DNA of 64,000 nucleotides, from assembly GCA_023819145.1 (NCBI GenBank), contig JAMWCW010000006.1, positions 16,973-80,972 on the forward strand, in the 5' to 3' direction. A program made the translations under genes and the position numbers. Shown piece by piece: positions 29,026 through 37,698 of the stretch (position 1 is the first letter of the stretch; the number at the start of each line of letters is the position of its first letter). The notes beneath the pieces were generated by a model. The model did no database searches. It was not told the DNA's origin and saw only the letters and a program-made list of their open reading frames with translations. This DNA is from Candidatus Omnitrophota bacterium (GTDB taxonomy: Bacteria > Omnitrophota > Gorgyraeia > DTHP01).

Positions 29026-29406
29026 CTAATCCAAACCAGTAGTGGTCATTTTTCCTGTAGCTGCCTTCCACTCTACCTTCACATTTGCCATGCTCGTTCC
29101 TGCTTTCCCCGTAGCCGTAATTACTAAATCATCAGGACTGGTTCCTGTAAATGAATAATCAAAATAGGAACCCGGCCTTGACGCTGGATTTTCAATATCC
29201 AATTCTGCAATACTTGCAGGAAGTTTATCGTATTCTTGATAATATCTTAATAAAGACCCTCTTAAAGACCCGATATTAGAAGCCGCCTCACCCGCTTTTG
29301 CTTTTCTTGTAGTCTTCATATACTGAGGCAGAGCAAGAGTAGCCAAAATGCCAATAATGATAATCACCACCAAAATTTCTAATAGCGTAAAACCCCGTTT
29401 AAACAT
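29026..29406 (-). CDS. pilA: Type IVa major pilin (PilA-like)
   Basis: 126 aa, MFKRG followed by FTLLEILVVIIIIGILATLALPQY, a canonical prepilin leader and N-terminal helix. Confidence 0.8.
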   Translation of the reverse strand: MFKRGFTLLEILVVIIIIGILATLALPQYMKTTRKAKAGEAASNIGSLRGSLLRYYQEYDKLPASIAELDIENPASRPGSYFDYSFTGTSPDDLVITATGKAGTSMANVKVEWKAATGKMTTTGLD

Positions 29407-29431
29407 AAAATCACCCCCTTTTTAATGATAA

Positions 29432-30664
29432 TTATTGAGTAATTTTTACGGCACTGGATAAGCCAAAGATGGGTAGGAACATAGAAATCACAATTATTCC
29501 CACAATGATACCCATAAAAATTAAAATTACGGGTTCAAAAGCCGCAGTAAAACGGGAAATAAAAGTATCAATTCTTTCCTTATAAAATATACCTAAGCGA
29601 TTAAGCATATTGGCTAACTCTCCTGCTTCCTCGCCAACTTCGGTCATTTCAATAACTATCGGAGGAAATATTCCAGTTTCTGCCATAGGTTTAGACATAC
29701 TCTGACCCGCCCTTACCGAATCCTTTACCTTCTCCAAAGCAGACTCAATAACTTTGTTCAACGAAGCCTTCTGCACTATCTCCAAGGCATACAATATAGG
29801 CACTCCACTCTTAATTAAGACACTAAAAGCAGAAGCAAATCTTTCTACGGCAATCATCAAAAATAAATCTCCAAATAGCGGCAATTTTAATTTAACTCTA
29901 TCTATAATCATGCGTCCATTTTTCGTTTGAGAAAATTTTCGTAGTACAAAAATCAAACCAATTATTCCCAGAACTTCCCAGATAAAATAGCGTCTCACAA
30001 AACTGCTTAATCTTATAATCATCTGGGTCATAAAGGGTAGCTCTACCTGAAATTCATTAAAAATACGCTCAAATATGGGCACAATCCTCAACATAAAAAC
30101 AGTAATGGTAGCAAAGGCAACGAAGGTAAGAATTATAGGATATACCAAAGCCGAAATAACCTTCCTTCTTAAAGCACCCGCTTCCTCTAAATATTTAGCA
30201 ATCTGATCAAATACAAAAGGAAGCTGTCCCGAAGCTTCTCCCGTTTGCACCAGGTTAACCCAGAAAGGAGAAAATACCTTAGGATGTTTTTTTAACGCTT
30301 CACTTAAAGCACTCCCTCCTTCTACGCTTTTTCTCACCTGATATAAAACCTTATCTAAAAACCGCGATTCTACCTGCTCGGAAACAACAATTAAACCCCT
30401 TAAAAGCGGAACCCCAGCATCTAAAAGCGTAGCTAATTGCCGAGCCAAGAGAATGAGGTCATCAAGTTTAACGCCGTGATGATAATGCTTTTTCTTTCCT
30501 AACGTCTTAGAAACAAGCTCTTCTCTACTCGCCTGAACAATAGAAGTAACCAAAAGCCCTCTCTCTTGCAGCATCGCTAAGAGCATATCCTGGTCTTTTG
30601 CTTCCAAAGAACCCGTTTCTACCTTACCCTCTTTAGTTCGCGCAGTATAGACAAATAGAGGCAT
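29432..30664 (-). CDS. pilC: Type IV pilus inner-membrane platform protein PilC (GspF family)
   Basis: 410 aa, two GspF-type domains, three TM segments. Confidence 0.88.
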   Translation of the reverse strand: MPLFVYTARTKEGKVETGSLEAKDQDMLLAMLQERGLLVTSIVQASREELVSKTLGKKKHYHHGVKLDDLILLARQLATLLDAGVPLLRGLIVVSEQVESRFLDKVLYQVRKSVEGGSALSEALKKHPKVFSPFWVNLVQTGEASGQLPFVFDQIAKYLEEAGALRRKVISALVYPIILTFVAFATITVFMLRIVPIFERIFNEFQVELPFMTQMIIRLSSFVRRYFIWEVLGIIGLIFVLRKFSQTKNGRMIIDRVKLKLPLFGDLFLMIAVERFASAFSVLIKSGVPILYALEIVQKASLNKVIESALEKVKDSVRAGQSMSKPMAETGIFPPIVIEMTEVGEEAGELANMLNRLGIFYKERIDTFISRFTAAFEPVILIFMGIIVGIIVISMFLPIFGLSSAVKITQ

Positions 30665-30691
30665 ATTCTCCCTCCTATAAGAAATGAAAAA

Positions 30692-32410
30692 CTAATCTCC
30701 CCCTACCAAAGTTACCCGCATAACCTCTTCCACATCTGTAATCCCCGCTGCTACTTTCTGCATTCCTGACTCCCACAAAGTGAGCATTCCTCCTTCCCGT
30801 GCTGCTTCCCGTAAGATATCGGTCCCTGAACCTTTTTCTACCAATGCCCTTATTCTTTCCGAAAAGGGCATAATTTCATATATTCCTATCCTCCCTTTGT
30901 AACCCGTATGATTACAGGCTTCACAGCCGCGGGGCTTGTAAAAAATATCCTTAACTATTTTATTTCGCTGAATAAAATCTTTGGGAGGTTCATATGGTTC
31001 TTTGCATTGATCACATAATTTCCGCACCAGTCGCTGGGCAGCAACTAACAAAAGGGACGGCGCCAAAAGATATCGTTCTACTCCTATATCTAACAAACGT
31101 CCGATTGCTGTGGGAGCATCATTAGTATGCACAGTGCTCAGAACAAGGTGTCCGGTTAAAGAAGCGCGAATACAGATTTCTGCTGTTTCCAGGTCCCGTA
31201 CCTCACCCACTAAAATCACATCCGGGTCCTGCCTTAAGAAAGCCCGTAAAGCAGTAGCAAAGGTAAGCCCGATGTTTGGTTTCACCTGAACCTGATTTAT
31301 CCCCTCAAAACGATACTCCACAGGGTCTTCGACAGTCAAGATATTTATTTTCGGAGATTTTATCTCACTCAACGCTGCGTATAAGGTAGTGGTTTTCCCG
31401 CTTCCCGTGGGTCCGGTAAGAAACACAAGCCCATAGGGAGCATGGATTGCCTTGCGAAAAATCTCTAATTCCTTAGACTCGAAACCCAATTCCTTTAAAT
31501 CTAAAGGAACTTGCGATTTATCCAAGATTCTTAAAACTGCCTTTTCTCCATTTATGGTAGGAATTATCGAAACCCGTATATCTACTACCCGTTCTCCAAC
31601 TTTAACTATCATTCCTCCATCTTGAGGCAATCTTTTCTCCGCAATGTCTAATTTAGAAAGAATCTTAATGCGGGAAATCAACGCCTGTCTTAAATAATGC
31701 GCCGGAGGAGGAATCTCATGCAATACCCCATCGATCCGATAACGGAGCACAAGTTTATCTTTAAAAGGTTCAATGTGAATATCAGAAGCTCGTTCTTCAA
31801 TTGCCTGCCGGATAATCAAGTCGACTAACTTCACTACCGGTGCTTCCTCTGCTTTGGCAATTAATTTATCTAAACTCAAACCTTCATCTTCGGTAACCTC
31901 TTCTAAAGTCTCTATGTTCTCTTCCTTTCGATAAGAATTCTCAATGGCTTCCTTAAGTAAATTTTGCCTACCGTAAAATTCTTCAATCGCCTGTTCGATT
32001 TCTGAATAGGTAGAAATAATGGGATTGATTTCACAACCTGTAATTTTCTTTAAGTTATCCAAAATAATCAAATCCGAAGGATCAACCATCGCTACCGTAA
32101 GAGAGTTGAAATGGCGCGAAATAGGAAGGATTTTATAGCGTCGGGCAACATCAGCAGGAATTATTTTTTCCAAGTTATCATCTTCTTTAGGTTTAAGTTG
32201 TCCTTTAGAAAGGGAAACATAGGGAATTCCTAATTGTTTTCCCAAAGCAAGAGCAATATCTTTCTCTGTAACCAACTCCAGTTTTACCAAAATATCACCC
32301 AATTTTGCCTCTTCCACCAATTGTGTCTGTAGCGCCTTCTGGAGTTGTTCTTCAGTAATAAGCCCTTCTTTGACTAAAATCTCGCCTAATTTTAATCTCT
32401 GCCGAGCCAT
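30692..32410 (-). CDS. pilB: Type IV pilus assembly ATPase PilB (GspE family)
   Basis: 572 aa, N-terminal GSPII_E_N-like domain, Walker A GPTGSGKTTT, tetracysteine CDQC...CEAC. Confidence 0.9.
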   Translation of the reverse strand: MARQRLKLGEILVKEGLITEEQLQKALQTQLVEEAKLGDILVKLELVTEKDIALALGKQLGIPYVSLSKGQLKPKEDDNLEKIIPADVARRYKILPISRHFNSLTVAMVDPSDLIILDNLKKITGCEINPIISTYSEIEQAIEEFYGRQNLLKEAIENSYRKEENIETLEEVTEDEGLSLDKLIAKAEEAPVVKLVDLIIRQAIEERASDIHIEPFKDKLVLRYRIDGVLHEIPPPAHYLRQALISRIKILSKLDIAEKRLPQDGGMIVKVGERVVDIRVSIIPTINGEKAVLRILDKSQVPLDLKELGFESKELEIFRKAIHAPYGLVFLTGPTGSGKTTTLYAALSEIKSPKINILTVEDPVEYRFEGINQVQVKPNIGLTFATALRAFLRQDPDVILVGEVRDLETAEICIRASLTGHLVLSTVHTNDAPTAIGRLLDIGVERYLLAPSLLLVAAQRLVRKLCDQCKEPYEPPKDFIQRNKIVKDIFYKPRGCEACNHTGYKGRIGIYEIMPFSERIRALVEKGSGTDILREAAREGGMLTLWESGMQKVAAGITDVEEVMRVTLVGGD

Positions 32411-32412
32411 AT

Positions 32413-33828
32413 TTATTGATTAAATTTATCTAAAGTTGCATCGATTGCTTTCTCTTTGGGAAGTCCGGGAGGAACCGTAATTTCTCTTTCCAACCCCTCC
32501 ACTAATGTGGGAGAAGTATACTCTTGGGAAATATGCGGAGTGATAAAAACAATTAATTCTCTATCACTCTTATCCTTACTCTTATTTTTAAATAAGTAAC
32601 CTAAAAGAGGAATATCTCCCAGAACAGGAACCTTCTTTAACGTCTCGGTATCCTGCGTACTGATTAACCCGCCGATAACAATGGTATCTCCATCCTTTAC
32701 TCTCACCGTAGTTTTCACCTCTCTTTTATGAGGGTCAACATATTCTGCTTTTGTAAAGTAAGGGGATTTAACTGGCGTAGTCACCGAGGGCTCAAGGGTC
32801 ATGGTAATATAACCATCTTTATTTACTTGAGGAGTCGCCTTCAACACAATTCCTGTCTGAATCCTTTCTACCGAATAAGTCTGTATTTCTCCCTGAATAG
32901 TGGTGATTCCTGCTACCGCAGTCTGCGCCGTAAGATTTATCTCCGCGGTCTCATTGTTTAAAGTAAGCACCCGCGGACGGGCAAGAACCTTGGTCTCACT
33001 ATCTGACTCCAATAATTTTAAAGCAGCAGTAAAATCTGCCAGAGAAATTGTTCCGTAAGCCATACCTTCTGTCTTATCCACTCCACTAGGAAAATCGTGT
33101 TTTCTGAAAGGGAATTTGGTAGTTTGCACCGGTCCGGTATAAACGCCAATGGTATCTGCCCATTCTACGCCCAATTTATTTATTGTTCCCACCGTGGTTT
33201 CCAAAAGTTCTGCTTCAATCATTACCTGCGGAGTCGCCTCATCAAGCTTGGCTAAAGTTTCTTCAATAACCGGAAATTGCGCGGGGATATCGGTAATAAT
33301 CAAACTATTTGTTCGCGTATCAGAAACAATCTTTCCGTATTCAGTTAAAAGTCCTGCTGCCTTAATGGGTTGACGGGTGCTTTTTTCTTCCTTCTCTTTA
33401 GCAGCAGTGGCATCTTGGCGTTTTTCGCGCATCTTCTCAAACAGCTCTTTTACAGAATCTGCTTTGGCATAATTTAAGGTATAGATACGGGTAATTGTCT
33501 CTACTTCAGGCATAAGCAGTTCCTGAATTACAATAATATTACTTCCCGCAGGTTGTTCATAAGTAAGATTATTAGCACGTAATATGGTATTTAAAGCATC
33601 CTCCACACTTACATTCTCAAAATATAAAGTAATCTTTCTATCTTCAATCTCATTACTTGCTACAAAATTTAAACCCGACTGTTGAGAAAAAATCTTCAGC
33701 ACATCCTTAAGGGATACTTCTTTAAAATCCATAGAAATGGTAACATCTCCTGGGCCAAGAGAAAAGCCTTGTTTAAAAAAAATAAAAATTAAAAATAATC
33801 CCCATAAAATAATTCTAGTCTTTCTCAT
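32413..33828 (-). CDS. pilQ: Type IV pilus secretin PilQ
   Basis: 471 aa, signal peptide, N0/N1-like domains, C-terminal secretin domain (VIGGL...VPVLGDIPLLGYLF). Confidence 0.85.
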   Translation of the reverse strand: MRKTRIILWGLFLIFIFFKQGFSLGPGDVTISMDFKEVSLKDVLKIFSQQSGLNFVASNEIEDRKITLYFENVSVEDALNTILRANNLTYEQPAGSNIIVIQELLMPEVETITRIYTLNYAKADSVKELFEKMREKRQDATAAKEKEEKSTRQPIKAAGLLTEYGKIVSDTRTNSLIITDIPAQFPVIEETLAKLDEATPQVMIEAELLETTVGTINKLGVEWADTIGVYTGPVQTTKFPFRKHDFPSGVDKTEGMAYGTISLADFTAALKLLESDSETKVLARPRVLTLNNETAEINLTAQTAVAGITTIQGEIQTYSVERIQTGIVLKATPQVNKDGYITMTLEPSVTTPVKSPYFTKAEYVDPHKREVKTTVRVKDGDTIVIGGLISTQDTETLKKVPVLGDIPLLGYLFKNKSKDKSDRELIVFITPHISQEYTSPTLVEGLEREITVPPGLPKEKAIDATLDKFNQ

Positions 33829-33841
33829 CTTCTCCTCCCTT

Positions 33842-34222
33842 TTATTCTGTTTTTTCCTTTATTGTTCCGCTAATTCTATCTAGAAAAAAAACATGGTCCT
33901 TATAGACAAATTCTACCCCTTCTTTGCTTATAGTTAAAATTTCTGCCTCTTGTATTTTATCCCCTTTCCCCAAAACCGTCCCATTAATAATTGCCCTTGG
34001 TTTATCTGAACCCCAGACCATTCCCTGGAGTTTTAAATCGGGAGGATTAACCTTTTCCACAACCTCTACAGGTTTCTCCTGGGGTAGAAAACTTGAAAAC
34101 GGGTCGCGATAGTTCACCCCAAAATATTTTAATTCTCTTTTTTCTTGAGAAAAAACTAACCTCACAATTCCTACTAAACTTGTTACCATTAACCAAAAAA
34201 TAATTAATCTAATTTTATTCAC
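33842..34222 (-). CDS. pilP: PilP-like pilus assembly lipoprotein
   Basis: 126 aa, TM/signal N-terminus followed by a beta domain. Position immediately upstream of pilQ. Confidence 0.5.
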   Translation of the reverse strand: MNKIRLIIFWLMVTSLVGIVRLVFSQEKRELKYFGVNYRDPFSSFLPQEKPVEVVEKVNPPDLKLQGMVWGSDKPRAIINGTVLGKGDKIQEAEILTISKEGVEFVYKDHVFFLDRISGTIKEKTE

Positions 34223-34801
34223 TTATAAGTTGGGATAAACAGATTTTATAATCAAATTCATTTCCAGAAGAACAAACCCTTTATCATCAACCTGTTTAAT
34301 ACTCGAAATTTTCTTAACTCCTTCCTCTTTATCTTTAGAAACCGTTTCCTTTAAGGTCTTTATCTCCAAAAAACTCACTTCTACAAATTTATCCAAACCT
34401 TCTAGCCTGCTCACTAACTCTCCCAGAGCATGATAATTGCATATGGTTTTGACCTTAACCGGAAGGTTAGTATAATAAATACTTCTTTCTAAAGTCTGGG
34501 GTTCTAAAGAGATAAGCTCTAAACCCAAAGATTTAAATATTTCAGAAATTTTCCCCAAAAACCAGGAAAGGTCTTTTTCACTCTTAAGCATCTCTTTAGC
34601 AACACGTTTTTCTACATCTTCTTTTATTTTACTAATCTCAAAATGTACCCTATCTTTCTCATGTTCCTCATCAAGCGTTTTAAGTAAATTTTTTAATTCC
34701 CTCGTGCGCGGTTCGTAAACCCATTTAACTGTCGCTAAGAATAAAAACATTCCTAATAAAACCGTCATTAATAAAACTTTCTTACTAGTTGTTATAACCA
34801 T
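34223..34801 (-). CDS. pilO: PilO-like pilus assembly protein
   Basis: 192 aa, single TM, coiled coil, then a ferredoxin-like domain. Position between pilMN and pilP. Confidence 0.55.
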   Translation of the reverse strand: MVITTSKKVLLMTVLLGMFLFLATVKWVYEPRTRELKNLLKTLDEEHEKDRVHFEISKIKEDVEKRVAKEMLKSEKDLSWFLGKISEIFKSLGLELISLEPQTLERSIYYTNLPVKVKTICNYHALGELVSRLEGLDKFVEVSFLEIKTLKETVSKDKEEGVKKISSIKQVDDKGFVLLEMNLIIKSVYPNL

Positions 34802-34802
34802 A

Positions 34803-36350
34803 TTATTTCGAACAGGTTATTTTGAAACGCGTTACAATAAATTCTCCTATTTTATTTTTTTCTATAAAACCGAGTTCAATTTTTTTAAATTCAGGAGCAA
34901 GCACTGGGCTGTTTTTAATATTATTTACGAATTCATTGACTAAATCGGAATCAGACTTGTTTTGTTTACCGGCAAAAACATTACCCTCTAGAGTTAATCT
35001 TGTAAATTTATTTCCTACCTCATCAAGCTTAGATTCAACACGCAAACCCTCTAACCACAAACCCGATGGTAATAAACGCGGAAGTTCACTTAAATAAGAA
35101 GTTAAATATGTTCTTCTATCAATCATCCGCGAAAAAACATTTTTCTTTTTGTCCCACTCTTGATAAATTCTTTCCAATTCCCTCTTGTCCGCACTCGCTA
35201 ATTCTCTTCCTATCCTTTCCCTTATCTTTCTTACCTCATTAAGGTTATCCTTAATTATTTTTATTTGACGCGACAAAGTAATTTGTAAAAAAAACATTAT
35301 GGCCAAACCAAAAACTAACTCCAAAAAGAAAATCCGTTTAAGAATATTTTTCTCTTCTCCAGAAGTTTCTCCGGTTTCTGGAGAGACTTTCTTCTCCTCA
35401 AGAAAACTAATCTTTCTGTCCCGGGCAAGAAATCCCCTTAATGCCAGTCCGATAGAAGTAGAAAATCCTGAAGAAATACCACTTTTCTTTCCAAAAATAA
35501 CTGCTGGTTCAGCAATGACTACAGGAATTTTAAATTCTTTTGTTAAACCTTCCTGCCAATTATCAAAACCATCTCCTACGAGAACAAGTTTTTCAATGGC
35601 AAGGCTCGGGAAATGTTTGTAATGATAATCAAAGGACAATTGAATTTCTCGTAAAAGACTATCGTATTTACCAGTTCCGGAAACTTCGCTTCTTCCCAAC
35701 TCCCCTACTTCTTCTCGTAAAGGAGTAATCAAGGAGAAATCCCGCAGTAAATAAGGTATTTCCTGGTCACAAATAGTAATTACAGCATCAGACTTTTCTA
35801 TATAAAGAACTGCTGTCAAATTCCTTTTACTCAGGAGGTCCAAAGCACGTAAAATACGCATCAATGCAAAAGAAGGAGTTTCTACTGCCATAGGCTCAAT
35901 ATATGCTTCCTTCAACATTGCAAGATGCTCCTTAAAGACATCTTTTTTAGTAGCTACAAAAACTACCTTACACTCTTTCTTTCTTTCTTTATCTAGAAAA
36001 ACAAGGAAGGAGCTCATCACCTCCTCCATTTTGAAAGGAATATACTTCTGTGCTTCGAAACGGATAGCAGTCTCTCGTTCTTTGGGAGGAAGTAAAGGAA
36101 TGGTAAAATAGCGTAAAATTACCTTTGCGTCAGGGATGGAAGAAACTACATTAATCGGTTCAATATGATTTTCTTCGAGGACGCGCCTTAAATAACTGCT
36201 AAGCCCAGTTCCGGAAAAATCCTTTACGGAAGCATCACTAAAATTTATTCTCCCTTGATTAATGAGTTGGAATCCGGACAATGTTTTATTTACTTGCACT
36301 ACCTCAATATAATGTCTACCAATGTTAATTCCTGTTTGAATATTAGACAT
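34803..36350 (-). CDS. pilM: PilM-PilN fusion protein
   Basis: 515 aa. Residues about 1-330 are an actin-like ATPase fold (PilM). There is a TM segment IFFLELVFGLAIMFFLQITL, then a PilN-like periplasmic coiled-coil domain. Confidence 0.7.
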   Translation of the reverse strand: MSNIQTGINIGRHYIEVVQVNKTLSGFQLINQGRINFSDASVKDFSGTGLSSYLRRVLEENHIEPINVVSSIPDAKVILRYFTIPLLPPKERETAIRFEAQKYIPFKMEEVMSSFLVFLDKERKKECKVVFVATKKDVFKEHLAMLKEAYIEPMAVETPSFALMRILRALDLLSKRNLTAVLYIEKSDAVITICDQEIPYLLRDFSLITPLREEVGELGRSEVSGTGKYDSLLREIQLSFDYHYKHFPSLAIEKLVLVGDGFDNWQEGLTKEFKIPVVIAEPAVIFGKKSGISSGFSTSIGLALRGFLARDRKISFLEEKKVSPETGETSGEEKNILKRIFFLELVFGLAIMFFLQITLSRQIKIIKDNLNEVRKIRERIGRELASADKRELERIYQEWDKKKNVFSRMIDRRTYLTSYLSELPRLLPSGLWLEGLRVESKLDEVGNKFTRLTLEGNVFAGKQNKSDSDLVNEFVNNIKNSPVLAPEFKKIELGFIEKNKIGEFIVTRFKITCSK

Positions 36351-36564
36351 TCATCCCTTTCTTCCGTTTAGGGTGTTTGTTATTACTGGGTCTGGCTCTA
36401 ACTACTCTTGATCTTAACCATTTTTCGATTGCCTGGCGGTCAAAACGCCATACCCGTCCCACTTTAATTCCTGAAATTCTTTTCTGATGGAGCCAATTAT
36501 AAAGCGTTTGCTTCTCCAGTTTTAAATAAGAAGCTAATTCTTCTAAATCCATCAAACGGGTCAA
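36343..36564 (-). CDS. Excisionase/MerR-type helix-turn-helix DNA-binding protein at the head of the pilus operon
   Basis: MDLEELASYLKLEKQTLYNWLHQKRISGIKVGRVWRFDRQAIEKWL matches the excisionase-family HTH. I place the start at the TTG at 36562-36564, 6 nt after AGGAGG. The ATG at 36553 is also possible, and the ORF-track start at 36591 coincides with the predicted transcription start site. The gene overlaps pilMN by 8 nt. Confidence 0.6.
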   Translation of the reverse strand: MTRLMDLEELASYLKLEKQTLYNWLHQKRISGIKVGRVWRFDRQAIEKWLRSRVVRARPSNNKHPKRKKGMNV

Positions 36565-36596
36565 CACTAACCTCCTTACAATTGCAAACAAAAATT

Positions 36597-36625
36597 AAAT
36601 TATCATAACAAAACTGTTTTGTCAA
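36597..36625 (-). promoter_or_regulatory. Sigma-70-like promoter for the pilus operon
   Basis: On the minus strand: TTGACA (36625-36620), a 17-nt spacer, then TAATTT (36602-36597). This places the transcription start site at about 36590. Confidence 0.45.
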
Positions 36626-36685
36626 GTTTTTTCTTCAATATATTTACTTAAATTTAATTTTATTTACTCTATTATAAATTTGTTT

Positions 36686-37006
36686 CTACCGCGGTTTAAG
36701 CGAACTCATCAGCCATCTTAAATAAGGTCCGTATCCTTCTGTGATATCGATGGCAATAATTTCTGGAACTTTGTAAGAGTGGTTTTTTTTAACTTCCTTA
36801 AATAATAAATCGCATAAGACTCTTTTACTCTTCACTACTAAAAGAAATTCTTCACCCTTTTCAATCTTACCCTGCCAATGGTAGATAGATTTTATATGCG
36901 GAACAATATTTACACAAGCCGCCAATTTCTTATTAACTAAGGAATTAGCAATTTTTTCTGCCTCTTTTTGAGTAGCAGTAGTAATCAATACAACAATATA
37001 CTTCAT
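36686..37006 (-). CDS. cutA: Divalent-cation tolerance protein CutA
   Basis: 106 aa, typical CutA1 sequence (ITTATQKEAEKIANSLVNKKLAACVNIVP.IKSIYHWQGKIE). Confidence 0.85.
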   Translation of the reverse strand: MKYIVVLITTATQKEAEKIANSLVNKKLAACVNIVPHIKSIYHWQGKIEKGEEFLLVVKSKRVLCDLLFKEVKKNHSYKVPEIIAIDITEGYGPYLRWLMSSLKPR

Positions 37007-37042
37007 TTATCCTCCTTAACTTCTTAAAGAACTCGCTGTGGT

Positions 37043-37660
37043 TTAGCGCACTTCAAATGCGATAATTATATTAAAGGCAATTTGCTCTCTTTTTAGTTCA
37101 GGAGGAAACGGTGGAAAAGGAGAAGCTTCTTCCACGCTTTTAAATGCCGTCTCCCGTAAAAGTAAATCATCGCTTGACCTGTGCTCAATTATTTTTAACC
37201 TTCTCAAATTGCCACTATTATCCAAAACGAAGAAAACACAGACTTCCCCTGGTTTAAAAAACAGAGGTTTGTTTCTGTTTGCGGAATTTTTTATCTTTTC
37301 CCGAATAGCGCGATAATAATCTAAGAAGGTAGGCTCTTTACTTAAGGCAGAAAAATCTCTTTTAACCCATTCCTCTTCTTTAGTAAGAGAAGGAGTAGCT
37401 TCTTCTTCTTTTGCTACCTGCTGGATTTCCTGTTTTGCCTCCTGTTTAATCTCATCTTTTATTACAACCTTCTTTTCCTCGGCAGAAATTGTTTGTTTAA
37501 CTTTTATCTCCTCTGTCTTTGGTTTAACCTCAAAATAACTTATTTCAATTTCTGAAAAATTTCGAGGAAAAAATTCATTTTTTAATCCTGCCCAGGGAAG
37601 AAAAACTAAAAGATGCCCTACAAAAGAAAATACTAATGCCCAGAAGAAAATTCTATCCAT
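37043..37660 (-). CDS. tonB: TonB-family energy transducer
   Basis: 205 aa, N-terminal TM, charged Lys/Glu linker, C-terminal TonB domain (G.V.V.F.LD..G.L+.L+I...S........A..AV....FPP.P). Confidence 0.7.
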   Translation of the reverse strand: MDRIFFWALVFSFVGHLLVFLPWAGLKNEFFPRNFSEIEISYFEVKPKTEEIKVKQTISAEEKKVVIKDEIKQEAKQEIQQVAKEEEATPSLTKEEEWVKRDFSALSKEPTFLDYYRAIREKIKNSANRNKPLFFKPGEVCVFFVLDNSGNLRRLKIIEHRSSDDLLLRETAFKSVEEASPFPPFPPELKREQIAFNIIIAFEVR

Positions 37661-37698
37661 TGATTTTTATTATACCTTAAAATTACTAACTGTGCACA

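Noticed and set aside
36343-36591. The excisionase-family HTH gene as evidence of a prophage or island at the pilus cluster
   Set aside because: It overlaps and is co-oriented with pilMN. No integrase, att repeats or phage genes flank it. It is better read as a pilus or competence regulator.
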